IMG/VR virus record: IMGVR_UViG_3300037760_000038
Span: 7,275 to 71,274 of that record
Length of the DNA stretch: 64,000 nucleotides
Direction: 5' to 3' (one strand)
Source: a virus
Taxonomy: Duplodnaviria; Caudoviricetes
The number at the start of each line of letters is the position of its first letter. Within the stretch, counting starts at the first letter, position 1. Of this stretch, positions 16,913 through 24,492 are shown piece by piece. A model generated the notes under the pieces. That model did no database searches. It had not been told where the DNA came from and was given only the letters and a program-made list of their open reading frames with translations. The position numbers and the translations under genes were made by a program.

Positions 16913-17812
16913 TCACGACTGGGGCTCCGGGGCGCTCTCAGGGGCTGCCGGGTCCTCAGGCCCGTCCGGCTTCTCCTGGAGCCTCCGAACGGCCGTCACG
17001 GGCTGGTGCGAGGTGACGTTTATGACTATGGTCTCACGGGGCTCCGGCTTCCAGTAACGCACGGGCTTGCCCAGCTCCTCAGCATAAGCGACTTCCGCCC
17101 GAGTGCTGTCGCCGACGTATCCGCCGGGTGCGACCACAAGCACTTCGTCACACGCCCGGATTTTGGCACGGTGCAGCTCATCGAGCCGCGCCTTCAGCTC
17201 CTGGGCGTCGTCGGGGTCGGCCCACAGATCGTGCGGCTCCTTGAGGTTACACCCTGGCTTCAGCACCAGGCGCCCGGCCGCTGTCTCACGCCTGTCAGCT
17301 TCGACCATCTCTGACCAAAACCGCGTGGAGCCGGAGATGGTGACGATTCGGTCGATGCCCAACGTGCGCATGGCATCGCGCATCTGCTCGTCGGGGCTGT
17401 TGAAACGAGCACCCTCGAGTTCGTACGTCAGAGCGTTGATGCGTCGGTCGGCGACAGAGGGCTTACCGTGCATAACCTCGGCTTCGGCTTCAGCCCACGA
17501 GGTGAACCGGTAGGCGCGGTCGTCGATGTACACTCGGGCGGCCAGCTTGCGGTTGGTGACCAAGATCAACCCCTGGTCGTTCCAGAACGTGCGGCCGAGG
17601 TCCATGTCGATCGTGACGTTAACGCCGTGCTGAACGAGCCACTGCGCCACCTGCCCCGTTCCGCGCGTGGTGAACACGAACACGGGCTCGGCTGCGGTCA
17701 TTCGGTGCAGGGCGTCGATGGCGCCTTCGACCGGAGAATCGTAAACGCTGCCGTCCTGCCAGCCCTTGGAGTACCGATGGATTACTCCATCGAAGTCAAC
17801 GGCGATGGTCAT
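16913..17812 (-). CDS. HAD-family phosphatase fused to a nucleoside 2-deoxyribosyltransferase-like domain
   Basis: IAVDFDGV, FTTR, YIDDRA; then TISGSTRF..HRAKI..DEVLVV..GDSTRAEVAYA..GKPV. Confidence 0.75.
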   Translation of the reverse strand: MTIAVDFDGVIHRYSKGWQDGSVYDSPVEGAIDALHRMTAAEPVFVFTTRGTGQVAQWLVQHGVNVTIDMDLGRTFWNDQGLILVTNRKLAARVYIDDRAYRFTSWAEAEAEVMHGKPSVADRRINALTYELEGARFNSPDEQMRDAMRTLGIDRIVTISGSTRFWSEMVEADRRETAAGRLVLKPGCNLKEPHDLWADPDDAQELKARLDELHRAKIRACDEVLVVAPGGYVGDSTRAEVAYAEELGKPVRYWKPEPRETIVINVTSHQPVTAVRRLQEKPDGPEDPAAPESAPEPQS

Positions 17813-17831
17813 GGGGCTTGCCTCCTGTTTG

Positions 17832-18101
17832 TCAGTGAAACGGACGCCAGTCACCGGGCCTGGTTGAGATGAACTTAGCAACCCGGCAGTCTAGCTTTTT
17901 GACTCGATAACCCACCAAGTGGCCTTGGGGGTTAGTAGTGAATTCACCGCACTCGCCGCAGTGGTAATGCGTGTTGCGTGGTTGATCGCATTCCGGTTTC
18001 AGACACTGCTGAGGGTCCCGGGTGTGGGCCGAGGGAAGCACCTGGTTGGCAAACTTCCCTCGGCCCACGACGCCGGTACACTCAGAACACCGGCATGGCA
18101 C
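17832..18101 (-). CDS. small Cys/His-rich hypothetical protein
   Basis: HYHCGECG; contains a 15-bp perfect inverted repeat at 18024-18068. Confidence 0.45.
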   Translation of the reverse strand: MPCRCSECTGVVGRGKFANQVLPSAHTRDPQQCLKPECDQPRNTHYHCGECGEFTTNPQGHLVGYRVKKLDCRVAKFISTRPGDWRPFH

Positions 18102-18675
18102 CGGTCACCACATCGAACACGTCACGCGCCCACCTGGCGTCAGGCAGTGCAGTGTGTGACGTGTGCTTGGACGGGGGATGGACGCCGACGCGTCGACTGA
18201 TCTCGGCCGAAGACCACGGCACCGGGACTTCTTCACCTCGGCCAAGCAACCACCCGGCGGCCAGTTCCAACGCGTTCACGGGCCGGTAGTGCCAGGGCGA
18301 TTCGTCCGGGTTGCCCAGCAGCTTCCGGGTGAACGTCGCGTCGAACTGCGTGTTGGACCCCACCAGCACCGCACCGGCCATGGTCTGCATGAGGTTCTGA
18401 CGCAGCGTGCTGAGTTCGATCCTCTGCGCGTGGTCGCCCAGCATTAGGGCAGCCCGAGCGTCGTCGGGGACCTTGAACCGGTCGTGGAACCGGTTGATCT
18501 TGAGAGCTTCGTCGTCAGCGATCACCAGGTCCGGCCGGACCTGGTAGACCCGCTCGGTGTCGGTCTGACCCGACCGCCGGGTGATGATGGCCAGTTCCCA
18601 CACCTCGTGGCGGTCAGGATTCAGACCAGTGGTTTCCGTGTCGATGAAGACAATCGGCCGGTCATTGGGGGTCAC
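18082..18675 (-). CDS. DEDDh 3'-5' exonuclease (DnaQ/oligoribonuclease-like)
   Basis: FIDTETTGL, GSNTQFD, HTALPDA. Confidence 0.9.
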   Translation of the reverse strand: MTPNDRPIVFIDTETTGLNPDRHEVWELAIITRRSGQTDTERVYQVRPDLVIADDEALKINRFHDRFKVPDDARAALMLGDHAQRIELSTLRQNLMQTMAGAVLVGSNTQFDATFTRKLLGNPDESPWHYRPVNALELAAGWLLGRGEEVPVPWSSAEISRRVGVHPPSKHTSHTALPDARWARDVFDVVTGAMPVF

Positions 18676-19007
18676 GACTTGTTCTCCTTGGTTTCGACGG
18701 CCAGCGACTCAGCAGGCGCAGGCGATTTGGCGGCCAAATGCCCATGCTCGATGCATCCGCACGAGCTGGGGTCGCCGTTGACGATGTAGTGGTCGGGGTA
18801 CCCGGTAATCACGTCTTCCGGGTGATCGGTGTGGTCGTCAGGCCGAACGTTCTCCCAGTGCTCACTGACGGTCAGGAGGTCGGACACACGCTCAGTGCTG
18901 CGGAGGCCGTTGCTCCACTTGATCTCAACGACCTCGGCGTTGACCTTGGTCACCGTGCCGGAGTTATTGTCGAAGTAGACCCGATCACCGGGTTTCAGGG
19001 TCGTCAT
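18672..19007 (-). CDS. SH3-like hypothetical protein
   Basis: MTTLKPGDRV..GTVTKV..VEIKW. Confidence 0.65.
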   Translation of the reverse strand: MTTLKPGDRVYFDNNSGTVTKVNAEVVEIKWSNGLRSTERVSDLLTVSEHWENVRPDDHTDHPEDVITGYPDHYIVNGDPSSCGCIEHGHLAAKSPAPAESLAVETKENKS

Positions 19008-19010
19008 GAC

Positions 19011-19490
19011 CTAGTTCTTCTTTCTCTGTCGGTACCGCTTAGCAGCGTCGGTTCGACAAGTTCGACACGATCTTCCGCTTCCGTCCGGTCTTTCGTACAG
19101 GTTATCTCCCAACAGAAGGTGCCCGTTTTTGCAGTGCGTTTTGCTGGCTTGAAAGTTGCGACCGTTGTTTACGGCGTCGCGCTGGTTATCGCTTAGAGTG
19201 CCGTACGACAGGTTTTCAATGTTGTTATTGGCGGGATTGTCATCCTTGTGTCGGACAACGTGGCCTTGCAGACGCGGACCGATAAACACCTCAGCAACCA
19301 GTGAATGCACAGACCGTTGGGTTGATACGCCTTCTGCCGTGGTCAGCCGCACCATTAGATGGCCGCCCCGAACCGGGTTAGGCGTCATCAACGAGCCCTG
19401 TTTGATCTTGGTCCAACTACGAACATTCCCGGCATCCGACACCTGATATAGGCCGTCGTAACCGGGAATGTCTCGCCACTGCTCGCTCAT
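19011..19490 (-). CDS. NUMOD4-HNH homing endonuclease
   Basis: WRDIPGYDGLYQVSDAGNVRS; VHSLVAEVF..RHKDDNPANNNIENL. Confidence 0.9.
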   Translation of the reverse strand: MSEQWRDIPGYDGLYQVSDAGNVRSWTKIKQGSLMTPNPVRGGHLMVRLTTAEGVSTQRSVHSLVAEVFIGPRLQGHVVRHKDDNPANNNIENLSYGTLSDNQRDAVNNGRNFQASKTHCKNGHLLLGDNLYERPDGSGRSCRTCRTDAAKRYRQRKKN

Positions 19491-19496
19491 ACTGCC

Positions 19497-19526
19497 ATTA
19501 TACACTACTTGGGGGAGTCCTAGCAA
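19497..19526 (-). promoter_or_regulatory. promoter for leaderless HNH mRNA
   Basis: TTGCTA-18-TATAAT, ATG 7 nt downstream. Confidence 0.75.
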
Positions 19527-19547
19527 GTGCTATGACGCGCGCATACG

Positions 19548-21890
19548 CTAGTCCTTGTCGTCCCAGGGGTCGGGCTCGATGCCAAAAGACATCTTGCGTC
19601 CTCTAACGTTGAAATAGTCGGTCAGAACCTTGTTTCCGATGTCGCTGACGTGCTGCGCTTCGGCATGGCCCTCCGGAGTATCATCGTGTTCAGTAATGAT
19701 TGAGTCATGCACCTGAAGTAGCATGCATCCCGGAATCTGGCGCTCAACCTCAAGCATCCAGTAAAGGACCGCTCTCGCGAGGTTGCCCTGAATTACCTGG
19801 TTGGGGGCGCTCACGGTCTTCTCGTCGACAGCGTACCAACGGCGCCAGCCGTCCAGCATCTTGAGGTAGCCACAGCCGCCGCTCCACCGGGTGACCTTCT
19901 GGACCGCCGTGTTGGAGAACTGCTTGATCTCGGGATTCTCAGCCCAAAACCGGTCCTTGGCGGTCTGCACATCGGAAGTCTTCATCTTCATGCCGGATGC
20001 GGCTTCCATCTGAGTCTGGATCGCCTTGACCCCACCCAAGTAGATGATGCCGAAAGTTCCGCGCTTGGCAGCTGATCGCAGGTCCTTGAACTGCGGGTGG
20101 CTCTCGTCGACGCCGAACAGAGCCTTGGTGTTGAGAGCGTGCATGTCCGCTCCGGCATCCAGAGCGTCCCAGAACTTGGTTGACCCGGAAATGACCGTCA
20201 CCACCCGCACTTCACCGGCCGCGAGGTCGTGCTCGAACTGAACGCGCTTGACCGGAGTCTTTTCGCGGCGTCCGTCGTACCGGACGACCTCGGTTCCAGC
20301 CGGAACCTGCCCGATCAGCTGACGGACCGGCACCGCGCCTTCTGGGATCAGTCGGCCGTGTGGGATTGCCTGCGCCTGCCATCGACCCACCGCCAGCCGC
20401 CCGGACTTGGCTCCGCCCTCAGCACCCCCCGCCCGCTCGCGGTCGTTCTTGCACTGCTTGAAGCTGGTGCGGATTCGGCCATCAGGCCCGGTGCGCGCAG
20501 CCCAACCAGTGTACCACTTGGAGTCGGAGTTACGCCGCTTGGTCCACAGCGCGTACTCCTTGGCCCAAGGCTGATCTTCAGCCGCCAGGCGCCGCAGCTC
20601 TTCGATGTCGAGCTTGGGTGCCTTGGTCTTCTCGGTTCGGGCCAACGGCTCCAGCCCTAGACCGTTCTTACCGCCGCACTCGCCGCACGAAGTCGCGCAA
20701 AACCTGGGGTGCGCAAAGTTCCATGCGTCGTTTGCTTGCTTCGCTCGGCTGCAAATCGGCCCGAAGTAGAACCGCTTGGCCTGGTTGGGCTTACTGGGAT
20801 CGAACGGCATGCGGGTGGCGAGTTCGGCGTTGAGCTGGCGGAGCTTCTCGCCCTCAGCCCACGACCTTTCGTGGTCATACGCCACCCCACGCCGTTCCAT
20901 GCGGTAAAGCGTGGTGCGCAGCTCCATTTCGGCTTGGTGGAGCTGCCAGAAGTTGGGCAGAACCGCGCCCGTTTCGGCTGCCTCGATCTGGTACTCCTGC
21001 AACGCGTGACCGAGGGCGGTGTCCTTGGCCGCGTACCGGCCGATCGATCCCGACCAGGGCAGCAGGTCGTACCGCTTGATCAGACCCGTGCCCTGCCGCT
21101 TGAGTTCGGCCTGAAGCTCGTACTCCTCGTCGGTGGAGTCGTCGCCCCACAGTCGACGGGCGGTCGGCTTGAGAGCAGCGGGGTGGAGCGGGTCGATGAG
21201 CTGCTTCTGAGTGACCATGGTGCACCAGATGGTCCGGCGCACGCCGGTCACGTCAGCCAGCGGCTCGAGGGTGGGTTCCATCATGTGGGTCTTTTGGGGC
21301 TGATCGGGTCGCCAGGTTCCCGGCTCACTGTCAGGGTCCCACGCGTACTGGCGATCCTTGATGGTAGAGTCGCCTCCTGCGGCTGCGCGCAGACCGTGGC
21401 GGAAGGTGTGCATGTCGTGCACCGAGTTGTGCATGCCGAGCGAGTCGCGCCGATCGAGCCACGCAATGAGCTTGGCGTACTCGCTGGCGGGAAGGTTGGG
21501 AGCTGCGTCTTCGAGAGTGACCGTTTGGCCCAGAACCTTCGAATACACGGCCAGCAGCCGGTCCTGCTCGGCGCGGGTGATCGGAACGAAACGGCAGACG
21601 CCGGTCTCGGGGTCCTTGATCGGGGAACCCGGCTTGCCAATCAGCGGGCCCTGATCGAAGGGCCAGGCGTAATCGACACGCTCGCCCGGGGACCCATCTG
21701 CGAGCGGCTGCCGGAACGACACCGACACCACGGACACACGGGCGGGGGGCTGAGAGGCCCGATTGCCAGCGGCGAACGGTTCTCCGTCGCCGAACAGGCC
21801 CGAACCTTCGGTATCCACGTAAACGAGCCAGCCCTTGGGCAGCTCCGGCAATTCGATGTCGCCGACGCGAGTTGTTGTGGGGTAGTTCAC
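19548..21890 (-). CDS. family A DNA polymerase (3'-5' exonuclease plus polymerase; DpoZ candidate)
   Basis: VDTEGSG, HNSVHD, YAAKD; motif A DLAAGEVR, motif B RSAAKRGTFGIIY, motif C LQVHDS; no 5'-3' exonuclease domain. Confidence 0.9.
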   Translation of the reverse strand: MNYPTTTRVGDIELPELPKGWLVYVDTEGSGLFGDGEPFAAGNRASQPPARVSVVSVSFRQPLADGSPGERVDYAWPFDQGPLIGKPGSPIKDPETGVCRFVPITRAEQDRLLAVYSKVLGQTVTLEDAAPNLPASEYAKLIAWLDRRDSLGMHNSVHDMHTFRHGLRAAAGGDSTIKDRQYAWDPDSEPGTWRPDQPQKTHMMEPTLEPLADVTGVRRTIWCTMVTQKQLIDPLHPAALKPTARRLWGDDSTDEEYELQAELKRQGTGLIKRYDLLPWSGSIGRYAAKDTALGHALQEYQIEAAETGAVLPNFWQLHQAEMELRTTLYRMERRGVAYDHERSWAEGEKLRQLNAELATRMPFDPSKPNQAKRFYFGPICSRAKQANDAWNFAHPRFCATSCGECGGKNGLGLEPLARTEKTKAPKLDIEELRRLAAEDQPWAKEYALWTKRRNSDSKWYTGWAARTGPDGRIRTSFKQCKNDRERAGGAEGGAKSGRLAVGRWQAQAIPHGRLIPEGAVPVRQLIGQVPAGTEVVRYDGRREKTPVKRVQFEHDLAAGEVRVVTVISGSTKFWDALDAGADMHALNTKALFGVDESHPQFKDLRSAAKRGTFGIIYLGGVKAIQTQMEAASGMKMKTSDVQTAKDRFWAENPEIKQFSNTAVQKVTRWSGGCGYLKMLDGWRRWYAVDEKTVSAPNQVIQGNLARAVLYWMLEVERQIPGCMLLQVHDSIITEHDDTPEGHAEAQHVSDIGNKVLTDYFNVRGRKMSFGIEPDPWDDKD

Positions 21891-21938
21891 CTTATCCTCC
21901 TTGCGGGCCGGGGACTAACGGCCCGGCTTGTGTAATAC

Positions 21939-21969
21939 TAGTATATCATGCGACTTGTCGTCGTGACAA
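21939..21969 (-). promoter_or_regulatory. polymerase promoter with perfect palindrome
   Basis: TTGTCA-18-TATACT; CTTGTC-N5-GACAAG at 21953-21969. Confidence 0.8.
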
Positions 21970-21983
21970 GTACTAGGCATGTT

Positions 21984-22020
21984 GAAAGCCCCCAACGGCT
22001 TACGGGCCATTGGGGGCTTC
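21984..22020. terminator. hairpin terminator
   Basis: GAAAGCCCCCAA/TTGGGGGCTTC. Confidence 0.65.
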
Positions 22021-22108
22021 CGGCAACGAGGAGGTGACCTCAAAATGGCTGGCTTCCCAACCCCAACCACTCTATGGTATCACACTCGGTGCGCTCGGCG
22101 CAAGTCGC

Positions 22109-22297
22109 TCAATCGACCACTCGGTGAATGATCAGAACGTCGTCGTCCCCCATGTCGGCCAGCAGGCCAGCAAGGGTGGCCACGGCGTCCAGCTCTTCGC
22201 CTTCCCGGTGGCTGGTGCGGGGGCTGGCAGACTCGATCGGGTCGTACCCCATCACGCCGCTGCCGTACTTGGCCTCATAAATGTCGATCCTGCTCAT
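22109..22297 (-). CDS. hypothetical protein
   Basis: RBS GAGGAG; promoter at 22335. Confidence 0.7.
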   Translation of the reverse strand: MSRIDIYEAKYGSGVMGYDPIESASPRTSHREGEELDAVATLAGLLADMGDDDVLIIHRVVD

Positions 22298-22334
22298 GTT
22301 TGCTCCTCGCGCGTGGCCTCAGGTTTATCCAACC

Positions 22335-22405
22335 ATTGTATCATGTGCTTGCCTACGACGCAAGTTTGCTACTGGTTGACAGCCAGACAAATCATATGGT
22401 ACCAT
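22335..22405. promoter_or_regulatory. divergent promoter pair
   Basis: minus TTGCGT-17-TACAAT (22335-22363); plus TTGACA-18-TACCAT (22376-22405). Confidence 0.75.
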
Positions 22406-22410
22406 GGCGA

Positions 22411-22587
22411 CTGCTGCGGATTCCTGGACAGGGTGCGGCGGCAGGGAGATCGACCGTGTTGGCGCATGGGTCGGACCCGGACTGGCGCTCGCGCCGGTCG
22501 TCTGGTAGGATAGCTGGCGCGGAGATGCCCCCCAGCTGACCTGCTTACGCGAAAGCCCCCAACCTGTCGCGGGTTGGGGGCTTTCGC
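22411..22587 (+). ncRNA. candidate small RNA
   Basis: consensus promoter, GC hairpins, no RBS or credible ORF, ends at a terminator. Confidence 0.4.
22549..22587. terminator. bidirectional terminator
   Basis: GCGAAAGCCCCCAACC/GGTTGGGGGCTTTCGC. Confidence 0.8.
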
Positions 22588-22611
22588 CATGTTTAACCGA
22601 TTTTGAAGGTA

Positions 22612-24183
22612 TTAGCCTTCAAGCCACGGCCAGTCGGCCTTGCGACCCTTCTCGATGAGCGGGATCATGCGGAACGCGGCGTCGTTGAGACCACCGAAGG
22701 TGTGACGGTTTCGGCCGGACATGGCGTGACCGGCACGGTAACCCGCCAGGTTCCACGTGTACATCGGAACGTTGGCCGGGACGCGGTGACCCGGTTCGCT
22801 GCTGACACGCCAGTAGGAGCCGTGCGCTTGCTCGTCGGTGAGGATGACCACCCGATCGTGCCCGTGGTAGTGACGTCGGACGGCCTCCGACGTGTAAGTG
22901 CCACCCAGGTTCCGAAACCGGCCGACGATCTTCAGCACGGACTCAGCGTCATTGAACTCGACCGGCGCTGAGTCCGTGCCGAATTCAACCAGGTCCGCCG
23001 ACTCGGCGCGTAGCGCCAGCGCCGTGCCGAACACTGCTGCGGTGTCGGCGAAGTCGGCGTCAGACTTGGCAGAGTACGAACTGAACATCGAACCGGATCG
23101 GTCTACGAGGACCAGGGTACGGCCCGGCAGAGCCGGAACGTTCCGCAGGGACGCATTGAGTGCCAATTCCAGCGGCCAAGCCCACCGAAGCGACGGAGCA
23201 GACCGGTACGCGTTGAGGAACCGCAGCGGAAACTGACGAGACTTGATGACGTAGGCGCTGTCCGCCAGAGTGACCGCCACCTGCCGCGCGACCTTGTCCG
23301 ACACCCCGGACTCGTCGAAGTTGCGGAGATTGCGCAGCAGGGCCATGTAGCCCATCGTCGGAACCAGCGCCGACCAGAGATCGGCCTTGGGCACCTTCGA
23401 CCCGACCAGGCTGAGCGCGTCTTCCCAGGTCATGCCCGCCTTCCGCAAATTCTCCGAGTTCAGCATGGCGTTCGGATTCACGTCAGCCGACGTTCGCAGC
23501 GTTGCGTTGTGACGGACCATGGTCAGCTCGTCGGGGACGTCCGCACGACGGTCGTAGCGGCGAGCAACGGCGAAGCGGTACAGGGCGTTCTCGGAGTCGT
23601 TGCGGGGGCGCGGGTGGGCCAGCTCGATCACATGCCCGAACCGCAGGCCGTGAGAGGCGGTGTCATGCTTGAGCAGCGAGTACTCGTTGTACAGTCGGCG
23701 GATGGCGTCGATAAGCCCACGCTTGACCGACATCGGGACCTCACGGCCGTAGGTCTGAATCCAGTAGCCGAGCAGCTCGCCCGGCTCATCGGCGCGCTGG
23801 AGAACAGAATCGACGACCTGGCGATTGAAGCCGTGCTCGTCGGCCTCACGGCGTGCGTGGACGAATTCGGCAGCGCCGAGAACGGCAGCGGTTCGAAGGT
23901 TGGCGTCGTTGCGTAGCCAACGCAGCAGACCAGCGGTCCACTTCGGGTCGCTGACCGCCAGCTCGCGCAGCAGGATGCGGAACCGGCTGTCGCGGTCGGA
24001 AGCCGACTCATAGAACGAAGTCTGGCCGACCATGTTGGACACAGCCAGCAGGAACAGCTCGGACTTGTGGTCGCGGGTGAAGCCGGGAGCACCCTCGTGG
24101 GTGGTGGTGTCCGGCGTTGACGACACCGACGTGACGGGAGCGGACCCAACGGCGCGCACGCCCGGCTTATTGAATCTAGACAT
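22612..24183 (-). CDS. TROVE domain Ro60/Rsr RNA-binding protein
   Basis: THEGAPGF, FYESA..RD.RF, MTWEDALS, MGYMALLRNLRN, SRQFPLRF; vWA DRSGSM and ILTDEQ. Confidence 0.93.
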   Translation of the reverse strand: MSRFNKPGVRAVGSAPVTSVSSTPDTTTHEGAPGFTRDHKSELFLLAVSNMVGQTSFYESASDRDSRFRILLRELAVSDPKWTAGLLRWLRNDANLRTAAVLGAAEFVHARREADEHGFNRQVVDSVLQRADEPGELLGYWIQTYGREVPMSVKRGLIDAIRRLYNEYSLLKHDTASHGLRFGHVIELAHPRPRNDSENALYRFAVARRYDRRADVPDELTMVRHNATLRTSADVNPNAMLNSENLRKAGMTWEDALSLVGSKVPKADLWSALVPTMGYMALLRNLRNFDESGVSDKVARQVAVTLADSAYVIKSRQFPLRFLNAYRSAPSLRWAWPLELALNASLRNVPALPGRTLVLVDRSGSMFSSYSAKSDADFADTAAVFGTALALRAESADLVEFGTDSAPVEFNDAESVLKIVGRFRNLGGTYTSEAVRRHYHGHDRVVILTDEQAHGSYWRVSSEPGHRVPANVPMYTWNLAGYRAGHAMSGRNRHTFGGLNDAAFRMIPLIEKGRKADWPWLEG

Positions 24184-24240
24184 GGAAACGGCCTCCTCGT
24201 TGATGGTTGAGCGTCAACGGGAGGCCGTTTCGCAGCAGGT

Positions 24241-24306
24241 GACCCGAGAATGGGTAACCAACGGTGTTTTCGCCAATTGAAGTAACCGGTGGCAAGGCAT
24301 CGGGTC
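24241..24306 (-). ncRNA. Y RNA (Yrl-like) candidate 2
   Basis: terminal stem GACCCGA/TCGGGTC; 27 nt identical to candidate 1; directly upstream of TROVE. Confidence 0.65.
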
Positions 24307-24318
24307 GGTGCTGTTAGA

Positions 24319-24390
24319 CCTCCCGAGAATTAACAGCTAACGGCGTTATTCCATTTGCAGTGAAGTAACCGGTGGCAAGGCATCGGGAGG
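24319..24390 (-). ncRNA. Y RNA (Yrl-like) candidate 1
   Basis: terminal stem CCTCCCGA/TCGGGAGG with compensatory changes relative to candidate 2. Confidence 0.65.
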
Positions 24391-24434
24391 ATGCTTAGTG
24401 CCTGAGTGGGGTTTCCCCCGCTCTGTACAAGGCC

Positions 24435-24464
24435 AGTCTATCATGCTGCTTGCTGGTGTCGCAA
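24435..24464 (-). promoter_or_regulatory. promoter of the Y-RNA/TROVE operon
   Basis: TTGCGA-18-TAGACT. Confidence 0.75.
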
Positions 24465-24492
24465 CTGCGGAGGCGTGGCGTGTGTCACCCGG

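Noticed and set aside
18024-18068. 15-bp perfect inverted repeat as a terminator or mobile-element end
   Set aside because: It lies inside an ORF in the middle of an operon, has no U-tract and no partner elsewhere; function cannot be assigned.
20709-21935. 408-aa plus-strand ORF (likewise 60114-61625, 25475-26449, 12648-13598, 55936-56820, 62456-63475)
   Set aside because: Antisense shadows of genuine high-GC3 genes; no RBS, promoter or motifs.
24241-24390. mini CRISPR array (27-bp repeat twice)
   Set aside because: Only two copies, each inside a larger self-pairing unit with covarying ends, upstream of TROVE; an RNA-gene duplication fits better.
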